Shown here: positions 32,624 through 43,200 of the stretch, piece after piece
How positions within the stretch are numbered: position 1 is the stretch's first letter
Layout of the letters: each line of letters begins with the position of its first letter
Assembly: GCA_964385275.1 (NCBI GenBank)
Contig: CAYLOK010000009.1
Coordinates: forward strand, 1,368-65,367
Reading direction: 5' to 3'
Length of the DNA: 64,000 bases
Origin: an uncultured Gallionella sp.
GTDB lineage: Bacteria; Pseudomonadota; Gammaproteobacteria; Burkholderiales; Gallionellaceae
Made by a program: the position numbers and the translations under genes
Notes under the pieces: generated by a model
Database searches by the model: none
What the model was told of the DNA's origin: nothing
What the model saw: the letters and a program-made list of their open reading frames with translations, nothing else

Positions 32624-34651
32624 ATGAATCCATTACTCGACTTCACCGGTCTGCCGCGTTTTGCGGAGATCCAACCCGAGCATGTCGCACCCGCGATTGA
32701 AAAATTGCTGGCGGATTGCCGCGAACTGGGCGCGTATCTGCTGGCCGACGACAAAGCGCCCACCTGGCAGAATTTCGTCGCGCCGATGGAAGATGCGCAT
32801 GAGCGATTGTCGCGCGCCTGGGGACCGGTCGGTCATCTGAATGCGGTGATGAATTCGCCCGAATTGCGCGAGGCCTACAACAGTACCTTGCCGGTGATTA
32901 CCCAGTATTACGCCGAGCTGGGGCAAAATCTTGAATTATTCAATAAATTCAAACAGATATGGAATTCACCTGAATTTACGACGCTGAGTGTGGCGCGCAA
33001 GAAGATCATCGAGAACGAGTTGCGCGATTTCCGGTTGGGCGGCGCGGAATTGCCGGATGACAAGAAGGCACGTTATCTGGAAATTCAGGAACGCCAGTCC
33101 GAACTGACCTCGCGCTTCTCCGACAACCTGCTGGATGCGACCAACGCTTACACGCTACTTATTGAAAATAAAGAAGAATTGAGCGGGCTGCCGGAAGACG
33201 CGTTGCAGACGGCGCAGGAAGCTGCCGCAGCAGTGGAAAAAACAGGTTGGCTGTTCACCCTCAAAGCGCCGTCCTATCTGCCGGTGATGCAGTTTGCCGA
33301 CAACCGCGACTTGCGCGCAAAGATGTATCGCGCCTATGCCACGCGCGCTTCCGAATTCGGCAAACCGGAGTGGGACAACTCAAAACTGATGGATGAGATC
33401 GTGCAACTGCGCGGTGAAGAAGCGCGTCTGCTGGGCTTCGCCAATTATGGCGAATTGTCGCTGGCCGCCAAGATGGCCGAGACGCCGCAGCAAGTGGTTG
33501 ATTTTATGCGAGAGCTTGCGCAACGCGCGCGCCCGTTTGCCGAAAAGGATCTGGCCGAATTGCGCGAATTTGCCAGCGCCCGTCTGGGATTGAATGAATT
33601 ACATTCCTGGGATGTCACTTATGCCAGCGAGAAGCTGCGCGAACAGCGTTATGCCTTTTCCGAACAGGAAGTGAAGGAATATTTCCCCGAAGACGCGGTA
33701 TTGAAAGGCTTGTTCAGTCTGGTCGAAACGCTGTACGACCTGCACATCGTGGCGTCCACCGCACCGGTCTGGCATGAGAGTGTGCACTTCTTCGATATAC
33801 GCGATGCGCAAGGCCAGCTGATCGGCCAGTTCTATTTTGATCTGTATGCCAGAGCTAGCAAACGCGGCGGGGCGTGGATGGATGACGTCATCACGCGACG
33901 TCGCGTGGACGCGCTGATTCAAACGCCGGTCGCCTATATGAACTGCAATTTTGCAGCGCCGGTCGGCGGCAAGCCCGCCGTATTTACCCACGACGATGTT
34001 ATCACTTTGTTCCACGAATTCGGCCACGGCCTGCATCATTTGCTGACTGAAGTGGAAGATCTGGGCGTGTCCGGCATCAACGGCGTGGAATGGGACGCAG
34101 TAGAACTTCCCAGCCAGTTTATGGAAAACTATTGCTGGGAATGGGATGTGCTGCGCGGCATGACGCGCCATGTCACCACCGGCGAACCACTGCCCCGCAC
34201 CCTGTTCGACAAGATGCTGGCGGCGAAAAATTTCCAGAGCGGCCTGCAAAGCCTGCGCCAGATCGAATTCGCGCTGTTCGATATGCTGATGCACAGCGAT
34301 TTCGAGGCGGGCGGCGGCAAGACAATATTGCAACTGTTGGACGAGGTGCGCGCCGAAGTCGCGGTGCTGATTCCGCCCGAATTCAACCGCTTCCCGCACA
34401 GCTTCTCGCATATCTTCGCGGGCGGCTACGGCGCAGGCTATTACAGCTATAAATGGGCGGAAGTGTTGTCAGCCGATGCCTACAGTCTGTTCGAGGAACA
34501 AGGCGTGCTCAACCCCGCCGTCGGCGCACGTTTCCGTGCTGAAGTGCTGGCCGTGGGCGGTTCGCGCGGAGCGATGCAGTCGTTCGCCGCCTTCCGTGGC
34601 CGCGAACCCAGCATAGACGCGCTGTTGCGGCATAACGGTTTGTCCAATTAA
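32624..34651 (+). CDS. prlC: Oligopeptidase A (M3 family)
   Basis: [35 protein letters not shown] and [10 protein letters not shown]. Confidence 0.96.
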   Translation: MNPLLDFTGLPRFAEIQPEHVAPAIEKLLADCRELGAYLLADDKAPTWQNFVAPMEDAHERLSRAWGPVGHLNAVMNSPELREAYNSTLPVITQYYAELGQNLELFNKFKQIWNSPEFTTLSVARKKIIENELRDFRLGGAELPDDKKARYLEIQERQSELTSRFSDNLLDATNAYTLLIENKEELSGLPEDALQTAQEAAAAVEKTGWLFTLKAPSYLPVMQFADNRDLRAKMYRAYATRASEFGKPEWDNSKLMDEIVQLRGEEARLLGFANYGELSLAAKMAETPQQVVDFMRELAQRARPFAEKDLAELREFASARLGLNELHSWDVTYASEKLREQRYAFSEQEVKEYFPEDAVLKGLFSLVETLYDLHIVASTAPVWHESVHFFDIRDAQGQLIGQFYFDLYARASKRGGAWMDDVITRRRVDALIQTPVAYMNCNFAAPVGGKPAVFTHDDVITLFHEFGHGLHHLLTEVEDLGVSGINGVEWDAVELPSQFMENYCWEWDVLRGMTRHVTTGEPLPRTLFDKMLAAKNFQSGLQSLRQIEFALFDMLMHSDFEAGGGKTILQLLDEVRAEVAVLIPPEFNRFPHSFSHIFAGGYGAGYYSYKWAEVLSADAYSLFEEQGVLNPAVGARFRAEVLAVGGSRGAMQSFAAFRGREPSIDALLRHNGLSN

Positions 34652-36429
34652 TGAATCAAACTTCGCTTTCTGCTTTTATTTGGTCAGTCGCTGATTTACT
34701 GCGCGGCGACTATAAACAGTCTGAATACGGCAAGGTCATTTTGCCGTTCACCGTACTCCGCCGTCTGGATTGCGTGCTGGAAGCGACTAAACCTGCCGTC
34801 TTGATCGAGCTGGACGCAAAACAGCAAGCCGGACTGAATCCTGAACCGTTCCTGTTGCGCAAAGCTGGGCAGAGTTTCTACAACACGTCCGCACTCGACA
34901 TGAAGAAATTGATGGGCGATCAGGATCACATCCGCGAAAACCTGTACAGCTACGTTCAGGCATTTTCCCCCGCCGTGCGTGACATTTTCGAGCGGTTCGA
35001 TTTTCACACACTGGTTGATCGCCTGAGCAAATCCGGCCTGCTGTATCAAGTCACCGAGAAGTTCGCGCAGATCGACTTGCACCCCGATGTGGTCAGCAAC
35101 AGCCAGATGGGGTTGGTATTCGAGGAGTTGATCCGCAAGTTTGCTGAAATCTCAAACGAAACTGCAGGGGAGCATTTCACCCCGCGTGAAGTCATCCGCC
35201 TGATGGTTAATCTGCTGTTCATCGAAGATGATGATGTGCTGTCCAAGCCGGGCGTGGTGCGTACCATTTACGACCCGACTGCTGGCACGGGCGGAATGCT
35301 GTCTATCGCAGGCGAGTATCTGGAAGAGCATAACCCAGAAGCGCGACTCACCATGTTCGGGCAGGAGTTGAACGACGAGTCCTACGCCATCTGCAAAGCC
35401 GATATGCTCATCAAAGGTCAGGATGTCGCCAACATCATGCCGGGTAACACGCTGTCGGATGACGGACACCTGCACAAGAAGTTCGACTACATGCTATCCA
35501 ATCCGCCGTTTGGCGTGGAGTGGAAGAAGGTCGAGAAGGACATCCGCAAAGAACACGAGCAGCAAGGTTTTAACGGTCGTTTCGGCCCCGGCCTGCCGCG
35601 TGTGTCGGATGGTTCGCTGCTGTTCCTGCTGCACCTCGTCAACAAGATGCGCCCCGCCGCCGAGGGTGGCAGTCGCTTCGGTATCGTGCTAAACGGATCA
35701 CCTCTGTTCACCGGCGGCGCAGGTAGTGGCGAGAGCGAGATACGCCGCTACGTGCTGGAAAACGATCTGGTCGAAGCCATCATCGGCCTGCCAACGGACA
35801 TGTTCTACAACACGGGCATCAGCACTTACGTCTGGATACTCTCCAACCGCAAGCCGGAAACGCGCAAAGGCTACGTGCAACTGATCGACGCTTCCGGCAT
35901 GTGGCAGAAGATGCGCAAGAGCCTCGGCAGCAAGCGTAAGGAAATGTCTGATGCGCACATCGCTGAAGTCACACGCTTGTTTGGCGAGTTTGTAGGTCGG
36001 GATTCATCCCGACAAGATGAAAGTCGGGATAAATCCCGACCTACAACCGCTTCGATCAGCCGTATCTTCAAGAATGCAGACTTTGGCTATCGCACCATCA
36101 CCGTCGAGCGACCATTGCGTGATGAGCAAGGCAAGATTGTGCTGGGCGAAAAGGGCAAGCTGAAAGGCAAGCCGCAATCGGATAGTAGTCTGCGCGATAC
36201 TGAAAACGTGCCGTTGAGTGAGGAGGTGGAAAGTTACTTCAAGCGCGAAGTGCTACCTCATGCACCGGATGCGTGGATTGACCAAGACAAAACCAAAGTC
36301 GGTTACGAAATCCCGTTCAATCGCCACTTCTATGTATTTCAGCCACCGCGCCCGCTTGCGGCGATTGATGCGGAGTTGAAGCAATGCACAGATCGGATTC
36401 TGAGCATGATAGCGGGGCTGTCAGCATGA
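34651..36429 (+). CDS. hsdM: Type I R-M methyltransferase subunit (locus 1)
   Basis: [31 protein letters not shown] and NPPF. Its ATG overlaps the prlC stop (TAATG). Confidence 0.96.
   Translation: MNQTSLSAFIWSVADLLRGDYKQSEYGKVILPFTVLRRLDCVLEATKPAVLIELDAKQQAGLNPEPFLLRKAGQSFYNTSALDMKKLMGDQDHIRENLYSYVQAFSPAVRDIFERFDFHTLVDRLSKSGLLYQVTEKFAQIDLHPDVVSNSQMGLVFEELIRKFAEISNETAGEHFTPREVIRLMVNLLFIEDDDVLSKPGVVRTIYDPTAGTGGMLSIAGEYLEEHNPEARLTMFGQELNDESYAICKADMLIKGQDVANIMPGNTLSDDGHLHKKFDYMLSNPPFGVEWKKVEKDIRKEHEQQGFNGRFGPGLPRVSDGSLLFLLHLVNKMRPAAEGGSRFGIVLNGSPLFTGGAGSGESEIRRYVLENDLVEAIIGLPTDMFYNTGISTYVWILSNRKPETRKGYVQLIDASGMWQKMRKSLGSKRKEMSDAHIAEVTRLFGEFVGRDSSRQDESRDKSRPTTASISRIFKNADFGYRTITVERPLRDEQGKIVLGEKGKLKGKPQSDSSLRDTENVPLSEEVESYFKREVLPHAPDAWIDQDKTKVGYEIPFNRHFYVFQPPRPLAAIDAELKQCTDRILSMIAGLSA
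35990..36046. repeat. GTAG-type REP doublet (REPIN-like) inside hsdM
   Basis: TTGTAGGTCGGGATTCATCCCGAC-N9-GTCGGGATAAATCCCGACCTACAA: 24-bp inverted arms with 1 mismatch, each arm itself a hairpin. Confidence 0.88.
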
Positions 36430-36517
36430 TTAGTGCAACTCATACGCACCCCTCTGCAATAAGTCACACGCTGTGTGACCAATCCCACTTTGCTCCATCT
36501 CGTTGGAGGTTGTCGGC

Positions 36518-36883
36518 ATGAACGATCAAAGCCAATTCCTGCTTTACACTGCGCCGAATGGGGCTGTGAAAGTTGATGTCTATTTCCAGAATGAAACGGC
36601 TTGGCTGACACAGAAAGCACTGGCTGAATTGTTTGGCGTTCAAGTGCCAGCGATCAACAAGCATTTGAAGAACATCTTCGAGTCGGACGAATTGCAGGAG
36701 TCGGCAGTTATTTCCATTTTGGAAACAACTGCGGCTGACGGAAAAAGCAACACTACTACATCTCTCCGAATTTCATCGTTCCGCCCCCTAGGATTCCTGA
36801 AGAATTTCATACGTTTTCTTATCACACCAGAAAACGGAAATTCATATAATATTATTTATAATCATGCGGTTACTATCACATGA
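36518..36883 (+). pseudogene. Truncated RhuM-family (virulence RhuM-like) gene fragment
   Basis: FLLYTAPNG...ETAWLTQKALAELFGVQVPAINKHLKNIFESDEL...ILETTAADGK matches the RhuM N-terminus. Similarity is lost before the expected YNLDAIISVGYRV motif. Confidence 0.7.
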
Positions 36884-38337
36884 ATAAACACTGGATTGCA
36901 CAGGCTGTCGCATCATTACATGCTAGTCGTGAGCCTATTCCCCATGAGATCAATGAGCTCGACTGGAAAGCACGGCTTTCAGATAATAGAGAACGGATGG
37001 CTGAACATCTTATCGCGTTTGCCAACAACCCAAACGGCGGCAATCTCGTATTTGGTGTAGCGGAACCAGATGCAGCGTTGGTGGGTGTCTCGAAAGAGCA
37101 AATGGTCGAAATAGTTGGGCAACTTACCAATTTAGGCCGTGACGCAATTGAACCGCCCTTGGTACTAGATCACGCGATGGTCGAAGTCGATCAAGTAGCA
37201 CTACTTTTCGTTCATATACCTGAATGCCGAAATAAGCCCGTACATCGACGCGGCAAATCCATCGAAGAAGCATGGGTGCGCTCAAGCGGCACAACTCGCA
37301 AAGCATCTCGTCACGATATAGGTACGTTGATGCTGCACAGCCACGCCCCCCGTTGGGAGGAACTACGTGCTTCATCTCTGTTATCTGCGAGCGAAGTGGT
37401 CGAGCGGCTAGACTTGGAAACAATTGCCAGACTGCTACAGCATCCTCTGCCGACCGAAGAGGATGAACTTATCCGCTGGCTGATAGATGAAAGTATCGTC
37501 ACCCCTGATGGGAGCGGCTATTACATCACTAATTTCGGTGCGATTGCCGCAGCAAAGCAACTCGAACAATTTGCAACCCTTGCCCGTAAGCGTATTCGCG
37601 TGATTCGTTACCGTGGCACAAACAAAGTAGAGACCATAGATGAACTTATGGGGCAAAAAGGGTATGCCGCAGGATTTGAAGGATTGATTGGCTATCTTAA
37701 ACGCAGCCTGCCTCACTCTGAAGTCATTCAGCAATCCTTACGGCGTGAAGTAACCGTATATCCTGAGATCGCGTTGCGTGAGCTGATTGCAAACTCACTT
37801 ATCCATCAGGATTTCAGTATTACCGGAGCGGGACCAACGGTAGAGATTTTCGACGACCGAATCACATTCACCAATCCCGGCACTTTATTGCCCGGGAAAC
37901 GATTGGATAGGCTGATTGGCACGACACCGGAATCACGGAATGAGGTGCTTGCATCAGCATTCCGTCGTTATCGTATCTGCGAAGAGCGCGGCACCGGCTT
38001 CCAGAAAGTAGTCGCCAATATCGAGTTGTTTGGCCTTCCGCCAGTATTATTCTCTCCACAAGAGAACTCTTTTCAGGTCACGCTGTTCGCCCCGCGCAAG
38101 TTCGCGGAGATGTCTCAGGCAGAACGTATTGAAGCCTGCTATCAGCATTCGATTTTGCAATACCTGTCCAGTCAAACTCTGACCAACACCACCTTGCGCG
38201 AAAGATTTAAAGTAAACGAGAAGCAACGAAATCAGATTACCAATTTGATTGCAGATGCAGTCACGGCTGGGCGGATTAAACGCAAAGATGCCAGCAGCGG
38301 TAACAAATTTGCCGAATACTGGCCTTACTGGGCATGA
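36880..38337 (+). CDS. AlbA_2/Schlafen-like N-terminal domain plus HATPase-like (RecG C-terminal-like) and wHTH protein
   Basis: ELDWK, IAFANNPNGGNLVFGV, ALRELIANSLIHQDF, EIFDDRITFTNPG, RNEVLASAF and CEERGTG. Confidence 0.8.
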   Translation: MNKHWIAQAVASLHASREPIPHEINELDWKARLSDNRERMAEHLIAFANNPNGGNLVFGVAEPDAALVGVSKEQMVEIVGQLTNLGRDAIEPPLVLDHAMVEVDQVALLFVHIPECRNKPVHRRGKSIEEAWVRSSGTTRKASRHDIGTLMLHSHAPRWEELRASSLLSASEVVERLDLETIARLLQHPLPTEEDELIRWLIDESIVTPDGSGYYITNFGAIAAAKQLEQFATLARKRIRVIRYRGTNKVETIDELMGQKGYAAGFEGLIGYLKRSLPHSEVIQQSLRREVTVYPEIALRELIANSLIHQDFSITGAGPTVEIFDDRITFTNPGTLLPGKRLDRLIGTTPESRNEVLASAFRRYRICEERGTGFQKVVANIELFGLPPVLFSPQENSFQVTLFAPRKFAEMSQAERIEACYQHSILQYLSSQTLTNTTLRERFKVNEKQRNQITNLIADAVTAGRIKRKDASSGNKFAEYWPYWA

Positions 38338-38350
38338 AGGAGTTAATCAA

Positions 38351-39661
38351 ATGAGCTTGCCGCGATATTCAGAATACAAACCGAGCGGTGTGGAATGGCT
38401 GGGCGAAGTGCCGGTGCATTGGGATGTGAAGTCAATTAAGTGGTTATCTCCTGTTCAACGAGGCGCATCACCTCGTCCCATTGACGACCCCAAGTATTTC
38501 GATGATGAGGGCGAATATGCTTGGGTGCGGATTGCGGATGTTTCTGCATCAGACGGAGAGTTACGCGATACAACTCAACGGCTCTCAGACTTGGGAAGTT
38601 CGCTCAGCGTTAAGATAAATCCCGGTGAGTTGTTTATCAGCATAGCCGGAACTGTCGGCAAGCCTTGCATCTCAACGATAAAGGCGTGTATCCACGATGG
38701 CTTCGTTTACTTTCCAACTTTGCAAATTCCACCGATTTTTCTTTATCGGATTTTTGAGGCGGGTGTTTGTTATGGTGGGCTGGGGAAATTCGGCACGCAA
38801 CTCAATCTGAACACGGACACAATTGGTTCAATACGTATTGCACTACCACCCACGGATGAACTAAACGCAATTTTAGCCTTCCTCGACCTCGAAACGGGAA
38901 AGATCGACGCGTTAATTGCCGAACAGCGACGGCTGGTGGAGTTGCTGGCGGAAAAGCGGCAGGCGGTGATTTCGCACGCCGTCACCAAGGGCCTGAACCC
39001 CAATGCACCTATGAAAGACTCAGGCATCGAATGGCTGGGTGAAGTGCCAGAGCATTGGGAGGTTTCGAGAATCAAACGTGTTGCATCAATTAGGTATGGA
39101 ATCGGTGAACCGCCGAAATATCACGCTGAAGGTATGCCACTTATTAGAGCTACCAACGTCCATGCGGGCAATCTGTTCGATGAAGGGATGGTATTTGTCG
39201 ATCCAACCGAAATTCCTGCGCAACGAATTGTTTGGTTGTCAGCAGGTGACATCATCGTGGTTCGAAGTGGCGCATATACGGGAGATTCGGCGATCATTCC
39301 CGATGGATATGGTAAGTGCATCGCTGGTTTCGACATGGTTATGCGGTGTCATTCGGCAAATCCGGTATTCATTCAATTCGTACTGCTGAGCAAATATCTG
39401 AAGGAGGGTCAGATTGACCTTGAAAAGATGCGAGCAGCGCAGCCTCATTTGAATGCTGAAGAACTAGGTTCATGCATTGTGGTGCTACCCAACGCTCAAG
39501 AGCAAGACGAAATCACGGTATTTCTAAAGTCGAGAAATACTGAATTCGACACCCTCATCGTTGAAGCCAACCGCGCCATCGAACTACTGCAAGAACGCCG
39601 CAGTGCGCTGATTTCCGCTGCCGTGACTGGCAAAATTGATGTGCGTGCAACAAGGATTTAA
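38351..39661 (+). CDS. hsdS: Type I R-M specificity subunit (locus 1)
   Basis: YKPSGVEWLGEVPVHW, the repeat MKDSGIEWLGEVPEHW, two TRDs and ERRSALISAAVTGKIDVR. ATG at 38351. Confidence 0.95.
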   Translation: MSLPRYSEYKPSGVEWLGEVPVHWDVKSIKWLSPVQRGASPRPIDDPKYFDDEGEYAWVRIADVSASDGELRDTTQRLSDLGSSLSVKINPGELFISIAGTVGKPCISTIKACIHDGFVYFPTLQIPPIFLYRIFEAGVCYGGLGKFGTQLNLNTDTIGSIRIALPPTDELNAILAFLDLETGKIDALIAEQRRLVELLAEKRQAVISHAVTKGLNPNAPMKDSGIEWLGEVPEHWEVSRIKRVASIRYGIGEPPKYHAEGMPLIRATNVHAGNLFDEGMVFVDPTEIPAQRIVWLSAGDIIVVRSGAYTGDSAIIPDGYGKCIAGFDMVMRCHSANPVFIQFVLLSKYLKEGQIDLEKMRAAQPHLNAEELGSCIVVLPNAQEQDEITVFLKSRNTEFDTLIVEANRAIELLQERRSALISAAVTGKIDVRATRI

Positions 39662-39732
39662 GCGCACGCTTTACAGTGCGATTTATAACATGATTTAATA
39701 CACGCTCTACCACGTTTAACCAGGAGTGCATC

Positions 39733-39990
39733 ATGTCTCACATCAGTGCCAATGATTTGAAAACCAAAGGGGTGGCCGCCATCGAAGCCATGCTGGCACA
39801 GCATTCTGAGGCGATTGTGTCGGTGCGCGGCAAAGATCGCTTTGTGGTCATGGAAATCGCCCAATACAATTATTTGCGCGAATGCGAGCTGGAAGCCGCC
39901 TTAGCTGAAACACGCGCTGATTTGGCAGCCGGGCGCTTCGTTCAAGAATCGGCAGATGCACATTTGGCAAGGATGGAAAAGCTGGCATGA
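39733..39990 (+). CDS. Phd/YefM-like antitoxin
   Basis: ISANDLKTKG, IVSVRGKDRFVVM and an acidic C-terminus; overlaps the next gene (ATGA). Confidence 0.78.
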   Translation: MSHISANDLKTKGVAAIEAMLAQHSEAIVSVRGKDRFVVMEIAQYNYLRECELEAALAETRADLAAGRFVQESADAHLARMEKLA

Positions 39991-40262
39991 GTTATGTGCT
40001 GGTTTTTACGGAATCCTATGATCGCCGGGCTTTGCGCTGGTTAAAGAAGCATCCCGAACTGCGATCACAATACCTCAAGACCTTGCAACTGCTGGAAGCC
40101 AATCCGTTTCACCCTTCGTTGCGTCTGCACGCCTTGAGCGGAAAGTTGCAAGGCGTTCATTCAGTTTCGATTAATTTGTCGTATCGCATTACGCTGGAAT
40201 TGCTGATTCAGGACGGGCAAATCATTCCCGTCAACGTGGGCGATCATGATGCGGTTTATTAA
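39987..40262 (+). CDS. RelE/ParE-superfamily toxin
   Basis: LLEANPFHPSLRLHALSG, HSVSINLSYRI and VGDHDAVY. Confidence 0.8.
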   Translation: MSYVLVFTESYDRRALRWLKKHPELRSQYLKTLQLLEANPFHPSLRLHALSGKLQGVHSVSINLSYRITLELLIQDGQIIPVNVGDHDAVY

Positions 40263-40274
40263 CGGATAACGAGC

Positions 40275-43200
40275 ATGAGCCTGCACAAAGAAATCGAATT
40301 CGAGAATGACATCTGCGCGCATCTTGCGGCACATGGCTGGCTGTATGCGGACGGCGATTTCACAACTTATGACCGCGCCCGTGCCATGTTCCCTGCTGAT
40401 ATTGCGGCTTGGGTGCAAACCACACAGCCCAAGGCGTGGGAGTCATTGAACAAGAGTCACGGCGCAGCAGCAGAAGCCGTTTTGCTGGATCGGTTACGCC
40501 GCCAACTGGATGACAGAGGCACGCTGGATGTATTGCGGCATGGCATCGAATTGCTGGGCTTACGTCAGCCGTTGCAGCTTGCGCAGTTCAAACCCGCGCT
40601 GGCGATGAACCCGGAGTTACAACAGAAGTATGCTGCTAACCGTTTACGCGTGGTACGTCAGGTGCGCTACTCGCTGCACAACGAGAATTCGATTGATCTG
40701 GTGTTATTCCTGAACGGCCTGCCGATTGCGACAGTAGAGCTGAAATCTAACTTCACGCAGTCGGTGGACGATGCAGTAGATCAGTATCGTTTCGACCGTC
40801 ACCCCAAACCTAAAAGCCAATCCGCCGCCGAACCACTGCTGGATTTCCCGCGTGGCGCACTGGTGCATTTTGCGGTCAGCAACAGCTCAGTGATGATGAC
40901 CACGCGCCTGCTGGGCGCAACCACGACGTTCCTACCGTTCAATCTAGGCGACCACGGCGCAGCGGGCAATCCGGTCAATCCTAACGGACATCGCACCGCC
41001 TATCTGTGGGAACAGGTGTGGGCGCGGGAAAGTTGGCTGGAGATCATTGGGCGTTATATCGTCGCCAAGCGCGACAGCAAGAAGCAAATCAAGGCGGTGA
41101 TTTTTCCGCGCTATCACCAACTGGATGCCACCCGAAAACTGCTGGCGGCGGTGTTAGCTCAACATTCTCCCTCACCCCTAGCCTCTCTCCCGCCAGCGGG
41201 CGAAGGGAATAAGTATCTGATCCAACACTCTGCCGGTTCGGGCAAGACTAACTCTATCGCGTGGACGGCGCACTTCCTTGCCGACTTGCACGACGCGCAG
41301 CACAAGAAGCTGTTCGACTCGGTGCTGGTGGTGTCGGATCGCACTGTACTGGATACGCAGTTGCAGGAAGCCATCTTCGACTTCGAGCGTACCGCTGGCG
41401 TAGTCGCCACCATCAAGGGTGAAAGCCAGAGCAAAAGCGGCGAACTCGCGCAAGCTCTGTCAGGCGGTAAGAAGATCGTGGTGTGTACCATTCAGACTTT
41501 CCCGTTTGCGTTACAGGCCGTGCAGGAGCTGGCTGCGACACAGGGAAAACGCTTCGCGGTGATTGCCGATGAAGCACACAGCTCACAGACGGGCGCAGCC
41601 GCATCCAAGCTCAAGCAGTTGTTGAGTGCAGAGGAAATACAGGAGCTGGCGGACGGCGGAGAGGTCGGCACGGAAGACTTACTGGCCGCAAACATGGCGG
41701 CACGGGCGAATGACGCGGGGATCACTTATGTCGCCTTCACTGCCACGCCCAAATCCAAAACGCTGGAGCTGTTCGGTCGTCGCCCCAATCTGGCACTTCC
41801 TGCCAGTGATAGCAATTTGCCTGCGCCGTTCCACGTTTATTCCATGCGTCAGGCCATTGAGGAGGGTTTCATCCTTGATGTGCTGAAGAACTACACGCCG
41901 TACAAGCTGGCTTTCAAACTCGCCAACGAAGGACGCGAGTGGGATGAAAAGGAAGTGGAACGCAGCACGGCGATGAAAGGCATCATGCGCTGGGTGCGTC
42001 TGCACCCCTACAACATCATCCAGAAGGTGCAAGTGGTAGTCGAGCACTTCCGTGAGAACGTACAGCCGTTACTCGAAGGTAAAGCCAAGGCAATGGTAGT
42101 GGTCGGTAGCCGCCTTGAAGCCGTGCGCTGGCAGATTGCCATCGACAAATACATCAAGTCGCAGGGCTACAAAATTGGCACGCTGGTGGCGTTCTCCGGC
42201 GAGGTGAACGATCAGGAGTCTCATCCAGACCCACTGTCCGAAACCAGCAAAACGCTTAACGCCAATCTGAACGGGAACGACATACGTGTAGCCTTCGCCA
42301 CGGATGAATATCAGATACTGCTGGTCGCCAACAAATTCCAGACTGGTTTCGATCAGCCTTTGCTCTGCGGCATGTACGTGGACAAGCGGCTGGCGGGTAT
42401 TCAGGCGGTGCAAACCTTGTCGCGCCTGAACCGCGCCTATCCGGGCAAGGATACGACGTATGTACTCGACTTCGTGAACGATCCTGACGAGGTACTGAGT
42501 GCGTTCAAGACTTACTTTGAAACGGCAGAGCTGGACGGCGTGACCGATCCGAATCTGGTGTATGACTTGCGCGCCAAACTGGACTCGGAAGGCCATTACG
42601 ACGACAACGAGGTGGATCGCGTGGTGAACGTGGAGATGAATCCCAACGCGTCGCAGGCTGAACTCTCCGCTGCTATCGAGCCAGTGGCGGATCGACTGTT
42701 GAAACGCTACAGGGTCGCGCAGGAAGCATTTAAGGCCGCTGTAGCCAACAAAGATGCCAACGCTGAACAAACCGCAAAGGACGAAATGAACACGCTGGTG
42801 TTGTTCAAACATAATCTCGGCGCGTTCCAGCGGGTGTATGCCTTCCTGTCGCAGATATTCGACTACGGCAACACCGCCATTGAGAAACGCGCCATCTTCT
42901 TCAAACGTCTGCTGCCGCTGCTGGAGTTCGGACGGGAGCGTGAAGGCGTTGATCTGTCCAAGGTGACGTTGACCCATCACAAGCTGAAGGATCAGGGTAA
43001 ACGCAACCTGGCACTGGTGAACGGTGAATATCCCAAGCTGGCTCCCTTGACCGAACCCGGTAGCGGCGAGGTGCGTGAGCAGGAGAAGATTTACCTCGCG
43101 CTGATTATCGCCAAGGTGAACGACCTGTTTGATGGTGAACTAACCGATGACGACAAGCTGATTTACGTGAATCATGTGTTGAAAGGCAAGCTGCTTGAAT

